A stretch of 64,000 nucleotides of DNA from Sphyrna mokarran (taxonomy: Eukaryota): assembly GCA_024679065.1 (NCBI GenBank), contig JAGIQG010000003.1:88846001-88910000 (forward strand). Direction: 5' to 3'. This document shows, in pieces, positions 1 to 12,541 of the stretch. The notes under the pieces were generated by a model. That model made no database searches. It was not told where the DNA came from and worked only from the letters and a program-made list of their open reading frames with translations. The translations under genes were made by a program, and so were the position numbers. Each line of letters starts with the position of its first letter. Positions within the stretch are counted from its first letter, which is position 1.

Positions 1-319
1 ATTGTTAACATGGAATAAAAAAAGTTCTTCCTCATAAGCTCCTAAATCTCTTGCCCAAAACCTCAAATCAACACCCTTTATCTTTGTGCCATCAGTTAAT
101 GGCAACACAGTTGGTCCTGATCTACCTTATTTAAACTCATTTTAACTTTGTACACACTTCTATCCAGACTCTCTAGTTTCCTTTGCTCCGAGGAGAACAA
201 ACTCAAAAGTCAAACATGGTTGTAAAAACAACTCTCAACACCCCCTTTTTCTACCGCACTATCAGCTGCATCTTCGATCACACAGACTCTCCCAGTTATC
301 TTGGGAAAGATAATTTAGG

Positions 320-560
320 ACTTAGACAAAGAGAATTTTCTTCACTCAGAGTAATGAATCTTTGAAAGAGGGTCATGTACTACTCCATTGTTAAATACAT
401 TCAACAGTTGGACTGACAGATTTCTGGTCTCTTGGGGAATTAAGGGGATATGGGAAATAAACGGGAGAGTGGAATTAAAGTCCAAGGTCAGCCCTGAGCA
501 CTTTGAATGGCTCAACAGGTCTGAAGGGTGTGTAGTCTATGCCTGCTCCTATTTCTTAAG
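320..560 (+). mobile_element. Old CR1 3' fragment (a second, minus-strand fragment lies at about 20-260)
   Basis: gagaattttcttcactcagagtaatgaatctttg...gtctatgcctgctcctatttctta resembles the CR1 3' end. Confidence 0.6.
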
Positions 561-3500
561 CTGGGAAATTGCAGCTGGTTTCATATAGGATTTCTAATCC
601 TCCAGTATTGTCCTTATTGGAATTACAGATTGATTTCCAGGATACTACCCGTAAATGCCACCAGACAAAAACCATGGTGACATTTCACTAAGTTTTCCAA
701 TGAATATCTTTCATTTGTTAAGGAAAAAAAATATTGGTGGTGGGGCAAAACACTCTTTGAATGGTTGTCCTGAGTAATCCAATCTGGGGCTTGGGTAAGA
801 TTCTCTTTTGAAGAGTTAGTGCAGACTCGAGGGGCCAAGTGGCCTCTTCTTGCTCTGCAGGGATCCTATGGACTCTTTTTCCTGCCGTCATGGCAATGCA
901 CTGATGACTGCAGTGCAGAAATTAAAAAAAAGTCCAATTCCCTGATCAGCCTGTGGCTCAAAACAATTCGCACCGCAGTGTGGGATTCAACAGTAAATGA
1001 GCTCATGGAAAACACCCACTCCCAGGAAAACAGTTGCTTCTTGCTCACTGTTATTTTAAATATAAAAAAGTTACTTAGTCTCACTCTTGCTGCTGCATTA
1101 ATTAACAAGTACCTTGCCTACGTCTCTGACAACCTAAAATTCCCAGCTTGCTCCGACGCTCAGACCAGCCTACACTGTATTGCCAATGCTTCACAGTAAA
1201 GAGAGCTCTCTGCTTTCTCCACGCCATCATCCACCCCCTCAGCCACATCCACTGGTAATTACTGCTGAAGGTCACACATCAGCTGAGAGGCCAGAATTCC
1301 AGGAAACAAGCTGAGCTTATGTAACTGCATGACAAATGCTGGCAGCTGCCCAACAATCGTGCAGTTAGCAGGGGCGGAAAGTAGGACAACCTTCAGCAGC
1401 TACAGCACACTCCATTCGTTTTCCCCCTTCAGGAGAGAGAAAGCTTTCAACAACTTGGGGATATAATATGAATCAGCTGCAGCAGCTGTAAACGCTTTGC
1501 AATGCAGACAGTGACCTACTTGTGATTTGAATGTGAAGGGAGAGGAGGGAGTTCTTGTGCAGTGTGATCTTGTGCTAGTGATTTTGGTGTCCTAATCTGC
1601 ACCCGTAGGTTCAGATTTCTGCCTTTGATTGAAGTCCAATATCCTTTCCCTGCTGCAAACCAGACCAAAAAAAAAGCACACTTGGAGGTCTTGATTGCTC
1701 TTCTACAATCGTTAGAGGCCAAATTAGTGCCAACATACATTCCACTACAAAGCTACAGTTTCTCAATAACTGAAATCAGGACGCAGAGCAGAATTTCCAG
1801 TCTCTCAGCTTGATCACCTTGTTACCAGAGGCTAACGATAAACCCAACACACAGACTTCAGCTGCACCGACGGGCAATGTCTGCATCAAGAACCGCCTCC
1901 TTCATTTCGGACTGTCAATTCACTTCACGTCTCGTTAAACGATGTCTAAACTAGGAGACTGACACAGATGTCTTTTCTTCTTCACCCAAGCCGGTAGATG
2001 TCAACCGTTTTTTTCTCCTGACATACATAATTTCTGGTTAACTTTTCAAACGAACCTACCCTAAATTTCAACGGGAAAACTGCTCACACTTTAGTCAAAC
2101 ACACAGATAGCATGTATTTATGGGATTCTTGGCATCTGTTTCAAGATTTTTTTAAAAAAAACTAACCAAACTTTCTTTGTTTCCCCCCACCCCACAAAAA
2201 AAAACATATATTTATGATTGCATTTCTTCTTAAAAACATAAACGAGTGTGGTATAAACCTGTTCAGAATGGTAGTGAGGTGAAAACCTGCTTCTCAAACA
2301 AGGAAGGTCTGAAGACTGACTGAAATTAAAATTTCAGCTGCCTGTGACCAGATATACATAATTGATTAGACCGATACAAGCAAGACAGGGACTTCCAGCA
2401 CTGACTGGGTTGGCCTATTCCAAACAAAGAATCAATGTCACTTTAAAACATAAAATATATATATATATGGAAGGGCTGCAAACTGAATAACCAATTCAGT
2501 GTAAAAAGCTACCTAATCAGAGAAAGTGAAGGAAAATAAAGTCAATTAAAAATAAGTAAGTATTTATATGGGAAAGCCCGATTTTTAATGCAGAAAGGAT
2601 CGCCCACAAAATCACACATCTTTCCCCTTCCCCAGAAAACAAGCTAAGCTCTGCATGCTTATGAAATAAATAAATCCTTCTTTTTATGTACTTATCACGT
2701 CATCAACTCAAAGCGCTTCAGTGATTTAATATTATACTGCTGTGACACGTACATTGGTAAACTCTCATTCGGTGTCACCATAGCAACACTAAGCTGGAAC
2801 TGTCTGGCTTCTCCTAAGAAGGAACTCTCGGGAGTTTTTAAAACAGATGCATCCATATTTATGAAGGAGCACGGAGGTACAGATAGAGTACAAGGTGCAA
2901 AGTTGTAAAGAAATGCAGTGGAAGCTCAAGATACTCCAAACCTTTCCAACAGTGCCTGACACAGAGTGTGATCAAGTTCTAAAACCAAAACTAATTGACC
3001 AAAAACAAAATCTGGCATGTATGACAGGGACAATATTACAATTAGTATGCAGATTCTTAGTTAATAAACCGTTCAGTATATTACAGAATCAGATCATAAA
3101 TATCCCAAGTGATGCCCCACCCCAAACAAACTGACTAGCTTTCTGACTTCCTTTTTTTAAATAAATAATTTCAGCTAAGCTGGACATTTCCCATTTGTAG
3201 CTTGATCTTTCAATCTGGGGGCACCTCTCATCATCAAATCCTCAAGAGGTCCAACAACTGCCTCAAGAAATGGGCACAGGCCATTTGGCCCCTATACCTG
3301 CTCTAATGATCAATTAGACAGTAGTCGATCTGCACCCCAATTCTACTCACCTGCCTTGGCAGCAGATCATTTGATGCCCTGATCTAACAGCATGTTGTAA
3401 TGAAGAATTGACGGAAACCTGCTAAAGATTGGGGAGGGTTTTGCCCCTGAAAGGGGCTCTTCACGTCAACAGGCTTGACAAATAACTAGCCAGAGGGAGG

Positions 3501-4665
3501 CATCTGCTATGGCAATGGAACCTTACAAGAGGACAACCAAACATTATGCAGAAGCACTACAGCAGCAATAATACAGCAAAGAGCAATAGTGTGAGAAGCA
3601 TAAATAAAAAGTCAACCTCTGCCACATCCAATTCATCGTCAAATGCAATGAGCTGTCAAAAAGAGGAGAGAAAATAAACAAGGAAGTTGTTAGCAAGAAT
3701 CATTAGTACACAGGTCGATGCAATTTTTTTTAAACTTAAAATGAAGGTTAGATCAAGTTTAGTCGAAGCTTGGTGAATAAGAGGGCAAGAGTGTTTCAGT
3801 CAAAACCATCTTTGACTTTACAACAGACACTAGAGCACAGAACTGTACACAATGACCACAAATGACAGATATTTGTCTGAGTCAAAATGTAAATTCTTAA
3901 AGATAAAACCATGTTTGGAGTTCGGTACTGCATCATCACTAGTGCAGCCGAAGACTTGTTGTTGGAAGCAATAATGAGGTCAAACTAAATTTAACCTAAG
4001 ACACAACCTACACTTGTTGATTGGGTTGCTGCAACACAGTGAGGCAAATGTGTATGCTTTGTTCCCCCAAAACCTACCAGCTATTTTGTATTGTTAGGGA
4101 AGTTAGTAGATGAATCAACTGTGGCTCAAGTCATTCGATAAAGCCCCCAAAAACAGTCCTCCCCAGATCATCAACCACAGCTCCAAGTACGAACGGTCAC
4201 ATTTTTGAAGGAAATATAAAAAAGGCTTTGCTATATTTCATTCCAGTTCGAAAGTTAGTTGCAAAACGTTTATCCTAAAAAAGAATATTCAACGGGAAAG
4301 CCTTTAACCTCAGTTGTAAAATGACTGCTGCCCAATCGGCCTCACCGAAATTACTGCTGTTGGATATTGTTCAGATTGTAAAACCAGACCGGCCTTTCAA
4401 CACTAGCCAGTGGGAAAATCAAAAGTCATTTCAAAAGAGGTTAATGCACACTTCATGTTACTGTGGGTCATTCACTTTCATTTGCTTGTGTTGGAAGCTG
4501 ACAGAATTCTCTCACAGGCTTTAAAACCCTGTACTTTTAGATTGATAGCCTAATGTATACTTTAATATAATGCACCATTAAACAACAAAATACTGATGCT
4601 ATATGTTACTGAATGCATAAGAGCTTATGTTTGTGCAGTGGCCTCTCTCCGAGTTTGCTCTAAAT

Positions 4666-4679
4666 CTGCCCCCTAGTGG
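4666..4679 (-). promoter_or_regulatory. CTCF core motif match
   Basis: Minus strand CCACTAGGGGGCAG matches the CCASYAGRKGGCRS consensus at every position. Binding is not shown. Confidence 0.5.
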
Positions 4680-5564
4680 AAATAAAATTTCTTCCACTTA
4701 ATCCACAGACACCACATTTAAATTCACATGAAGGCCTCCATAGAGAGTTAGAGGAAGCCAAATCAATCCCCCTTCTGTTTTTTGAGAGATTGTGATGGCT
4801 TCAATTTGCCCATAATTTGTCTCCAGACCTTGTATACAAAAACAATAGCATTGTTTCAAGCACTTCGTCATATTCTTCCACAGATCAACATTCATGAGGA
4901 GTCCGTAAAATTGGTGCTTAAATAATGGAGCCACTTTTCTCTTAGTCTTACCCTTGCCTTTTTCTCCAGACATCACGTGAGAAGTGTTATTTCAAGTAAC
5001 TTACTTAACAGGTAGTCTTTTGTGAAGAGTTAGTATTTCAGTCGTGGAAGAGTAATGAACGTGGAGGAACAGACCTTAGAAATTATTCAAGCTAATAGTT
5101 TATTTCATCAACACTCAGTGCTAGTTTTACCACTTTACTTCCCATCCTCCAGAGCAAAGTTAAAATTAGAGGGACCCTTCTTTTATTTTTTTTCCAAATT
5201 CCTTGCACAATCGAGGAGAAAAAATATTATGATGTCTAAAACATCTGACACATTTGAATGGGTTTAGTCTAGCATCAGAAGCTCTGCTCTAAGAATTAAT
5301 GTCTAATTTGATATATATTTACCAGAATTGAATTGGACCAGAAAAATCAGAGAAAAATAATCATGCTTTTAGTTTGAGATGAAAGTTGTGGAGTTCCTCT
5401 CCTGCTTGGCACTGTTTAACATTGTGGCAGAAGCATTATTTAGTCTTCAATCTCCAAGCTAATAGGAGGAGGACCCTATGCCAAGGTTCTCCTTCTCTTA
5501 CAGACAAATTGGCAAAGATAGATGAAGCCTTTTGTGAAGATACCCAAAATACTCAATCCATATT

Positions 5565-5601
5565 AGACAGACAGACAGACAGAGAGAGAGAGAGAGAGAG
5601 A
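5565..5601. repeat. Compound microsatellite (AGAC)n(AG)n
   Basis: agacagacagacagacagagagagagagagagagaga seen directly. Confidence 0.95.
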
Positions 5602-6753
5602 AAATGGAATCACTAACTGTCTGTCTAGACTTTTTTGAATGGAGTTCTCCGCATACCATGAATCGAAGATCAATGTAGTTCATCTCAGGTAATTAGCAAC
5701 AGACTGGGAGAAGCAAGAGATGGGAATGGAAGAGGACACAGTTACATGGGTTTTATAGAACAGAAAACAGCTAATTTGATTCGCTGGTCAAAGTTCCTCA
5801 TGAATATCCTCCCAACCTACTTCATCTAACCTATAAACATATCCTTTAATTCTTTATTCCCTCAAGTATTTATCTGTTTTCTACATAAATACATTTATCC
5901 CATTCACCTCAACTGCTCCTTAATGTACTTTTAATGAGCATCACTCCAAATTTCATGTCATATTGTGTTAGATTCTGAAGGACATCCTCTGTTTAGTGAA
6001 TGAGAGCAACTGCCTCAATTCCAGTGAGAAAATAACAGTAACAAAGACTACACTACATTACGGAATGGTCTGTGAAAATTAGTTTCAACTTCAGCAGGCA
6101 TCCAGTGGTCCATAATGGATTGGCTCTTGATACAAATGACTGGTAAATCCTAAAATCCTAACCAGGACACCACAGAATTCAAGTATTTCTTCAATATATT
6201 GTTATGCATCTTCCTGTATACCTCACCAAGTTTGAATAGCCTTGAATCAGTGAAGAACTCTAGGAGAATGGTGGGGTTTACCTGGAGGTGACTAACAACA
6301 TGTTTAGGAGGTTGTGTTGATGGGGAGGATGGGCAGCAAGAGGACAAGGGATGCAAAGCAAGGTCCATAGAAAAACACCTGCAGCTTGAAAGCAGAAGCA
6401 AACATGACATGATTATTAAAACATGCACAAGTAGGTCATCATCAATGGAGATGGGAAATAGACTAACCTCAGTTTATTTCTCACGGTATTTGGAAAGTAG
6501 TAAAAGGTGAAAAAATACTTCTTAAACTGCTTAACTATCTGCAAAGACAACTCATTATTGATAGGGTCTCTGTGCTTTGGAAAGTTCTGTAATGTTTTAA
6601 TCAAACATTTTAGACATGATGGATATTTTGTCTCGCATAAAAATTTACATCTGACAGATTAGCTGCATCAAGTTTAAATTGCAGCTGTTTGAAGGCCAAA
6701 GCAAAATAAATAAACTATACTCGACAATCTAAACAGCTTAGAAGAAACGCTAC

Positions 6754-6865
6754 CTTCTCGCCATATCCCCGATCCTTGGTCATCATTTCTCGAAGAGTCT
6801 GTAGAACTTTGATGCACAACTTCTCTTCATTCTCTTCCAATAGTTGCTTTGTGTGTTTAATTAGC
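6754..6865 (-). CDS. ITPR1: ITPR1 exon 23 (last exon before SII region)
   Basis: taacag|G...AAG|gtagcg, 112 nt. [37 protein letters not shown]. Confidence 0.97.
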
Positions 6866-7671
6866 CTGTTACAAATGAAAGCGAGTCCTCAGTCGCAATG
6901 TGGTAGCATTTCACCTCCTGAAAGTTTTCGAGCAGTTGACAAGTCAAGAGGGAAATTTAATTTCTGGAAGATCATTGGACATATTGTATTGTCCACCACC
7001 AGCCAGCCTCTCAGGAAACGGGAGAGGGCATAGCCTTACTGCTGTTGCAAATGGCTTAAGAATAAATGAACAAAAATGTCATTGGATATAGGCCATTATT
7101 TCTCAAATCAGCACTAGCTGTCAAGTGAATGAAGCCCAAGAAAAATGATGCACCAATATATTCCCCTCACCCTACCAACAAAATTTATATTTACAAAATG
7201 TATATTTACAAAATGTAACTTTCCTTTTTTTAAGTTCTTAAATTGAGTCCAAGTAACTAAGAGTGGGAAGGTGTGACAAGTGCACATGCGTGCATTTAAG
7301 ACCGCATGCGTGTCTCTCATTTGATCTGTCTTGGTTAAAAACGCTACCATCTTGGTTTGGCCTTTCATCACTTGACATATCTCAGAGAACTGATTGGGCA
7401 GGAATTCCACCAATGGTGTCACTCACTGGATTGCTGTATTTGTGCTCCAGTGCTGAGCTATTTCAAACAAACTCTTCAACCAATAAAATGCAGAGAGATA
7501 TATTTTGCTTAATGATTATAAATTTGCAAAGCAGAAGTCCATTATGAATACATGTTTAAAACAGCTCAGTGGGAGAGATTGTTTCTATCAAACATGTTTG
7601 CCATGAAATATTAACTTTAAAAAAATGCTCAATCAGCAGCACAAATAGGTGGTGACAATTGGAATACTTAC

Positions 7672-7820
7672 TTGCAGATAAACCCTCCACTTTCACATTT
7701 GCGTCTTGCCTCAGTATTCTCAGGGAAAAGTAGCTCGGGACGATGAAGGACATCAACCAGGACAGAAAGTTCTGCCTGAACGAGAGGACGGAGCCTATCT
7801 TCGAGTGCTGAGACTATATC
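7672..7820 (-). CDS. ITPR1: ITPR1 exon 22
   Basis: atatag|GAT...AA|gtaagt, 149 nt. [50 protein letters not shown]. Confidence 0.97.
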
Positions 7821-9331
7821 CTATATGTCAATAAACAACGCTATTTAATTGTCAATTCCACAAGTAAAGCAGACACAAATATTTCCTACAGCACCATCCA
7901 AAATGTAGGTGGTTTCTAAAAGATTAGCCTGCATGAATTGCCAGCAAGCTTCATTCACTTTCAGTGAGAACCTATTTACCTATTAATTCCCTGCAAATGC
8001 TTGTCAGTTGCAAGATGACTTGTAAAGGACCATGATTATACCACAGAAAGCAGTTGCCAAAATCCCCCACTATAATTATTAAAATTGACGGCAGCAATAA
8101 CTACACTTGAAATGTTAATGCTCTCCTCCACTTAAAGGCCATTATCATGAAAGAAAGGTGTAAGAAATTAGAGAAGTTCCTTCCCTCTTCCCTGCCCCTC
8201 CATAATGCATCGTGATTATGGAGTGAGTGGATCAATCTATAGGTTAGAATGGGTATGATTCCATCTCACTTCTATGCAGGCTAACAGATTTCAGTTGAGG
8301 CAATGAAAGCAACACTACAATTTGTTCCAGCAATTCAAAACTATAGAATATGGCTGTGCTGACTGTCCCTTTAACTGCCACACAGCAAAGTAAGGAGCAG
8401 TCACCACGACCTCAGACAAAATCCACTAGGGTTTCCATCCTGGACAGCACTTCCAACCTCATGCTCTGCTAAACATGCACAGCACTGTACGAAAAGACAT
8501 GCATAGTGTAACAGTTCTGAGGAATGCAAGTTTATGTGAAGGACTGATGTAAGCTAATGTTTAGAACTTTAAAATCTTTTAAGTATTCGGTCAACATACA
8601 GCATGGTTTAGACTGGTATTGCTGTCAAAATAAAGTTATGTGCTTTAAGAATATGAACACAAAATAAATTCTATTGTTTATCTCATTCGTATCAATAAAC
8701 GTATATGAATGCACCCAAAAGCGAAGGCAGCCACTATTCTGATTTCTTGGTATTATTTTGCTTTAAAACCTTCATTCTTGGAAATTTTATCGTTCCTTTA
8801 TGTTTTTTCAAGCATAGTTATGTTGCAGTTAATAACTTAAGCTTCCAAGAAAAATCCAACTTGCTCACATCTCTGAATGATTTGTCAGTCATTTCACGCA
8901 AGGAGCAAGTTGCTAGGCAAAGCAAGATTTCAACTTTCACCCCGTTTCCATTTCAAACGTTCAGGGCCTCCTGACTTGAGCACGTCGTCATTATCCCAGT
9001 GCCCCTTGGAACAGCAGAAGGATGGAGGAATGAAGTGAGTGGGACAGGTTACAGACATGGAGATGAAGAAACTACCAGAATTTAGTAATCCAATGATTGA
9101 GCAGAGTAAAGAATTAAACATCGCAAACAAAGAACGACACCCTCGGAGGAAGCAGATCTTCAAACACAAAACACAGTGCTGCAGAGAGGAAAAGAATGAG
9201 ATAGTTTTAAGATAATGGAACAGAATGACGAAAGAAATGAACTGAAATAAATGAAATATTACTCTCAAAGCAGAAAGTTGATGAAAGGCAATACGTCCAC
9301 AGAGATTTGAGGCCTGCGTCCCTTTGCATAC

Positions 9332-9516
9332 CTGCAATCTCTCGATTATATTCCGATAATCCCGGGAGGCAGCAAGAACAGAATCTCTCCGGGCAGCATT
9401 GCGTGCTGACATTCGCCAGCTCAGGGCAGTTTTCTGGACAATGTTGTGAGACTTGAGGAAGAGATTGTTGACTTGACTGTCCAAGTCTACAGGGATTGCT
9501 ATAGCTCGACTCTTTG
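9332..9516 (-). CDS. ITPR1: ITPR1 exon 21, calmodulin-binding segment and RRDS PKA site
   Basis: ttgcag|CA...CAG|gtatgc, 185 nt. [62 protein letters not shown]. Confidence 0.97.
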
Positions 9517-9604
9517 CTGCAATGGAGATTAAACAAATTAAAGCATTTGTTAGAAGTTTGTAAGCAATGCAATTGTAAATGTGCAAACGCAAAAATTAGG
9601 GGAA

Positions 9605-9998
9605 AGACGGTGACCTAGCAATAACGTCACTGGGCTGCCAATCCAGAACCCTGACTAGTGGCTTGGGGCTAGGGATTCAAAAAATCTCACCATGCAACTG
9701 ATGCAATTTAAACTCAAATCAATAATTATGGAATTGAGAAAGTAGTCTTGGCATTACTCAACATGTAATTATCATTGATTTTCATGAAAACCCATCTAGT
9801 TTACTAACGTGTTTGAGGGAAGGAAATCTGCCATCCTTATCTGGATTGGCCTAGCCTACATGCAACTCCAATCCCACTGCAATAAATTGAATCTTAGCTG
9901 CCCTCTGAAATAGCCAAACCTCCTTAAGGGCAATTCGTGATGGGTAATAAAGGCTAGTCTTGGCAGTGAAGCACACGTCCAATAGAAGAATAAAAAAT
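9605..9998 (+). mobile_element. Second tRNA-derived SINE family sharing its 3' end with the ancient LINE
   Basis: aaacccatctagtttactaacgtgtttgagggaaggaaatctgccatccttatctgg core recurs at about 19970-20290 (+), 60535-60908 (+), 25330-25670 (-), 44500-44700 (-), 50960-51350 (-), 52800-52945 (-) and 53860-54055 (-). Confidence 0.8.
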
Positions 9999-10378
9999 AT
10001 ATACTTGTGAAGGTTTCATTAACTAAGAAGAATGCTCTGCTGGCATCTTTTGAACTTAATGTCCAAATGTGCCAAGTTCTCCCAGTGTTATGATGGGAAT
10101 TTGGCCCTGATTACTTGGGCTTGATGCTAGACCACCAAACAGGGAGTTGAATTAATTAAAACCAATTGGAAGTGCATTTTAAAAATTCTAACGAATCATT
10201 TCCTCATCCTGTAAGGTAGAATAGTTTGAAATGAATGAAAATATTGTAAGCACCCATCTTCCTTCACTGCAATAATGCTACTGTGCCTCTTCTAACTTTT
10301 CTCTCTTCAGCTTAGTTTTACTCTGTCAGTACCAGGCATAAATCACAACCTGATAAAAATAGCACTCTGGCTATTATG

Positions 10379-10693
10379 GGTGGCACAGTGGTTAGCCCTG
10401 CTACCTCAGCACCAGGGATTCAGGTTCGAATGCAGTCTCAGATGACTGCCTGTGTGAAGTTTGCACGTTCTCCCCATGTCTGTGTTAGTTTCTATTGGGT
10501 GCTCCAATTTCCTTCCACAGTCTAAAGATGTGCTGATTAGCTGGATTGGCCATGCTAAATTGCTTCTTAGTGTAAATTAGGGGGATTAGTGGGGTAAATA
10601 CTTGGGTTATGGGATGGGGTGAGCATAGTGCTCTTCCGGAGAGTTGGCTCGATGGGTCAAATGGCTTCCTTCTGCACTGTAGGGATTTTATGA
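10379..10693 (+). mobile_element. HE1/V-SINE-type tRNA-derived SINE
   Basis: A box tggcacagtgg, B box ggttcgaatgc, V core (gtgaagtttgcacgttctcccc), gcactgtagggattttatga tail. Confidence 0.9.
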
Positions 10694-11291
10694 ATATTCA
10701 CAGCTGCACCATAGAAACTCATGCTCTCTCCTGAGGACCAGCCAAGAATACAAGCCACAAGCTAAATAATCAAAAGATAGAAACCAACAGGTTGACAACG
10801 CCAGTGAGCCATTCACAATGTGGTGGCAAGAGTCATGTCCTGTTTCACCCTTTTGCTGCTGCGATTCCTGTCCCTTATCTCAACTCAGCATCATCATCCA
10901 TATCAGCAGCATTTCCAGAAAATATACTGACAAACTGGCAGTATTGAAGTTTATAAGTTCTGCATATTTTATATGACAAGTTCTGCACTGTAGGAATTCA
11001 ATGATCCGAGTTCTGTTATACTTTATAATAACTGACTGCTTTGATGGAATCCACTGACATTCCTCTTTCTCTTCTTTACAGCTTCCTTAGTCCTAAAGAT
11101 TTTGTATCAATGTATTTACATTCGAACAGACCCTCGCAGCTGCATGAACAGATCACAGCTTCCATATAATGTGTCCCCCGCAATTCCTGTACTAGCAGAA
11201 ACTCAGTCAATATAAAAGGATTCTGCAGCATAGTTGATTCTTGTTAACTTCTGGGATTGGATTTGAATCCAACCTGAGCTCAGGAAACTTT

Positions 11292-11586
11292 GGTGGCACA
11301 GTGGTTAGTATTGCTGCCTCACAGCACCAGGGACTCAGATTCAAATCCTGGCTTCGGTCACTGCCTGTGTGGAGACTGTATGTTCTCCCTGTGTCTACAT
11401 GGGCTTCCTCCAGGCGCTCAGGCTTCCTCTCAGTCTGAAAGACATGCTAGTTAGGTGGATTGGCCATGCCAAATTCTCTCTGTGTACCTGAACAGGTGCC
11501 GGAGTGTGACGACTAGGGGATATTCACAGTGACTTCATTTAAGTGTTAATGTAAACCTATTTTTGACAATAATAAACAAACTTTTT
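11292..11586 (+). mobile_element. V-SINE with alternative 3' tail
   Basis: Same head and core as HE1, but ends gactaggggatattcacag...aataataaacaaactttt. Confidence 0.85.
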
Positions 11587-12420
11587 AAAAAACTTCTTAA
11601 TCACTTTGCTCTGCTGCCAGTAAAAATCTTCCTGGCATTCAATAAGTTTGGGTAGTCTTGCACTGGTGAGCAAAGGCCTCTGGAGCAAAGTGACCACAAT
11701 TTGGTATAATATGGAGTAATTCTACTCACAGAAGTTAAAAGATTGGCCGATATAAGAAAAGGAAACATTCACGAGTGAAGTTGAAATGAAAGTTCACTTT
11801 AACACAGTTAGTTGGTGTTGTAAATGAGTTTGCAAAGAAAGATTTTGTTTTCAGCCAAAGTACTAATGTTTCTCAGTTAAATCACTATTGTGGTAAACTC
11901 TTTGCCACACATTGCAGGGGCTGGTGTTCCAAGAATGTGAAGCACTTTGCTGTGGCAGTTTGAGCTCATTACCAAACCCCATGCATTATGTGCCATCCAA
12001 GTTACACCAGGCTAAGAATCCACAGGTTTGTCACCTCATTTGGCTGACATTTGAACATTATCCAGCTCTGCTGATGTGGACAGGAAGTTGACACTGTGGC
12101 TTGACTGGGAGTGTGAGACTTGAGAACAACATTCACCCCTCCCAGACTAAAGATATATATTGTTAAGTAGACTCATGGCAGGAAAGCAACTCCAGGTTAA
12201 TTGACTATGTCGCCTCATGAATGGCAGTCACAAAGTTGGTAGAATAGAGCAGCAAACTATTCTTTAGCTCACTGAAAAACAATTGGCAAAATGGTGCGTT
12301 AAGAACAATGATAATTTCAACAGGCATCAGCTTTGAATACAGTGGTGTATTTTCACTGTTCACCAACCTATAATAAAGTATCCTTAACAATCCCCAGCCT
12401 AGCCCCTGTAAAATGCTTAC

Positions 12421-12541
12421 CGACTTCTGATAACACTTTAATGCAACTCTCAACTGAAGCTTTCTGGGTAGCAGACAGCCAAGGGCAGTGGTACACTCTG
12501 AACACCCCTTGCAATAACTGCACAAAGATAGGCTGGCGAGT
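12421..12541 (-). CDS. ITPR1: ITPR1 exon 20
   Basis: atctag|ACT...GTCG|gtaagc, 121 nt. [40 protein letters not shown]. Confidence 0.96.

Noticed and set aside
1-6753. EGOT-like antisense lncRNA
   Set aside because: As recalled, mammalian EGOT lies in a later ITPR1 intron downstream of the SII region. Nothing here can be matched to it from sequence alone.
7186-7217. Short tandem duplication tatatttacaaaatg x2 (similar ones at about 52173-52205 and 51306-51329)
   Set aside because: Ordinary slippage duplications with no further structure.
8930-9592. 220-aa ORF as a stand-alone gene
   Set aside because: Only 9332-9516 is ITPR coding and it has good splice sites. The rest is intron read-through. 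The same applies to ORFs 49760-50323, 23757-24074 and 19271-19522.
10379-10450. tRNA genes (A/B boxes here and at 11292, 14996, 22201, 56091)
   Set aside because: These are tRNA-derived SINE heads followed by SINE core and tail, with no complete cloverleaf.
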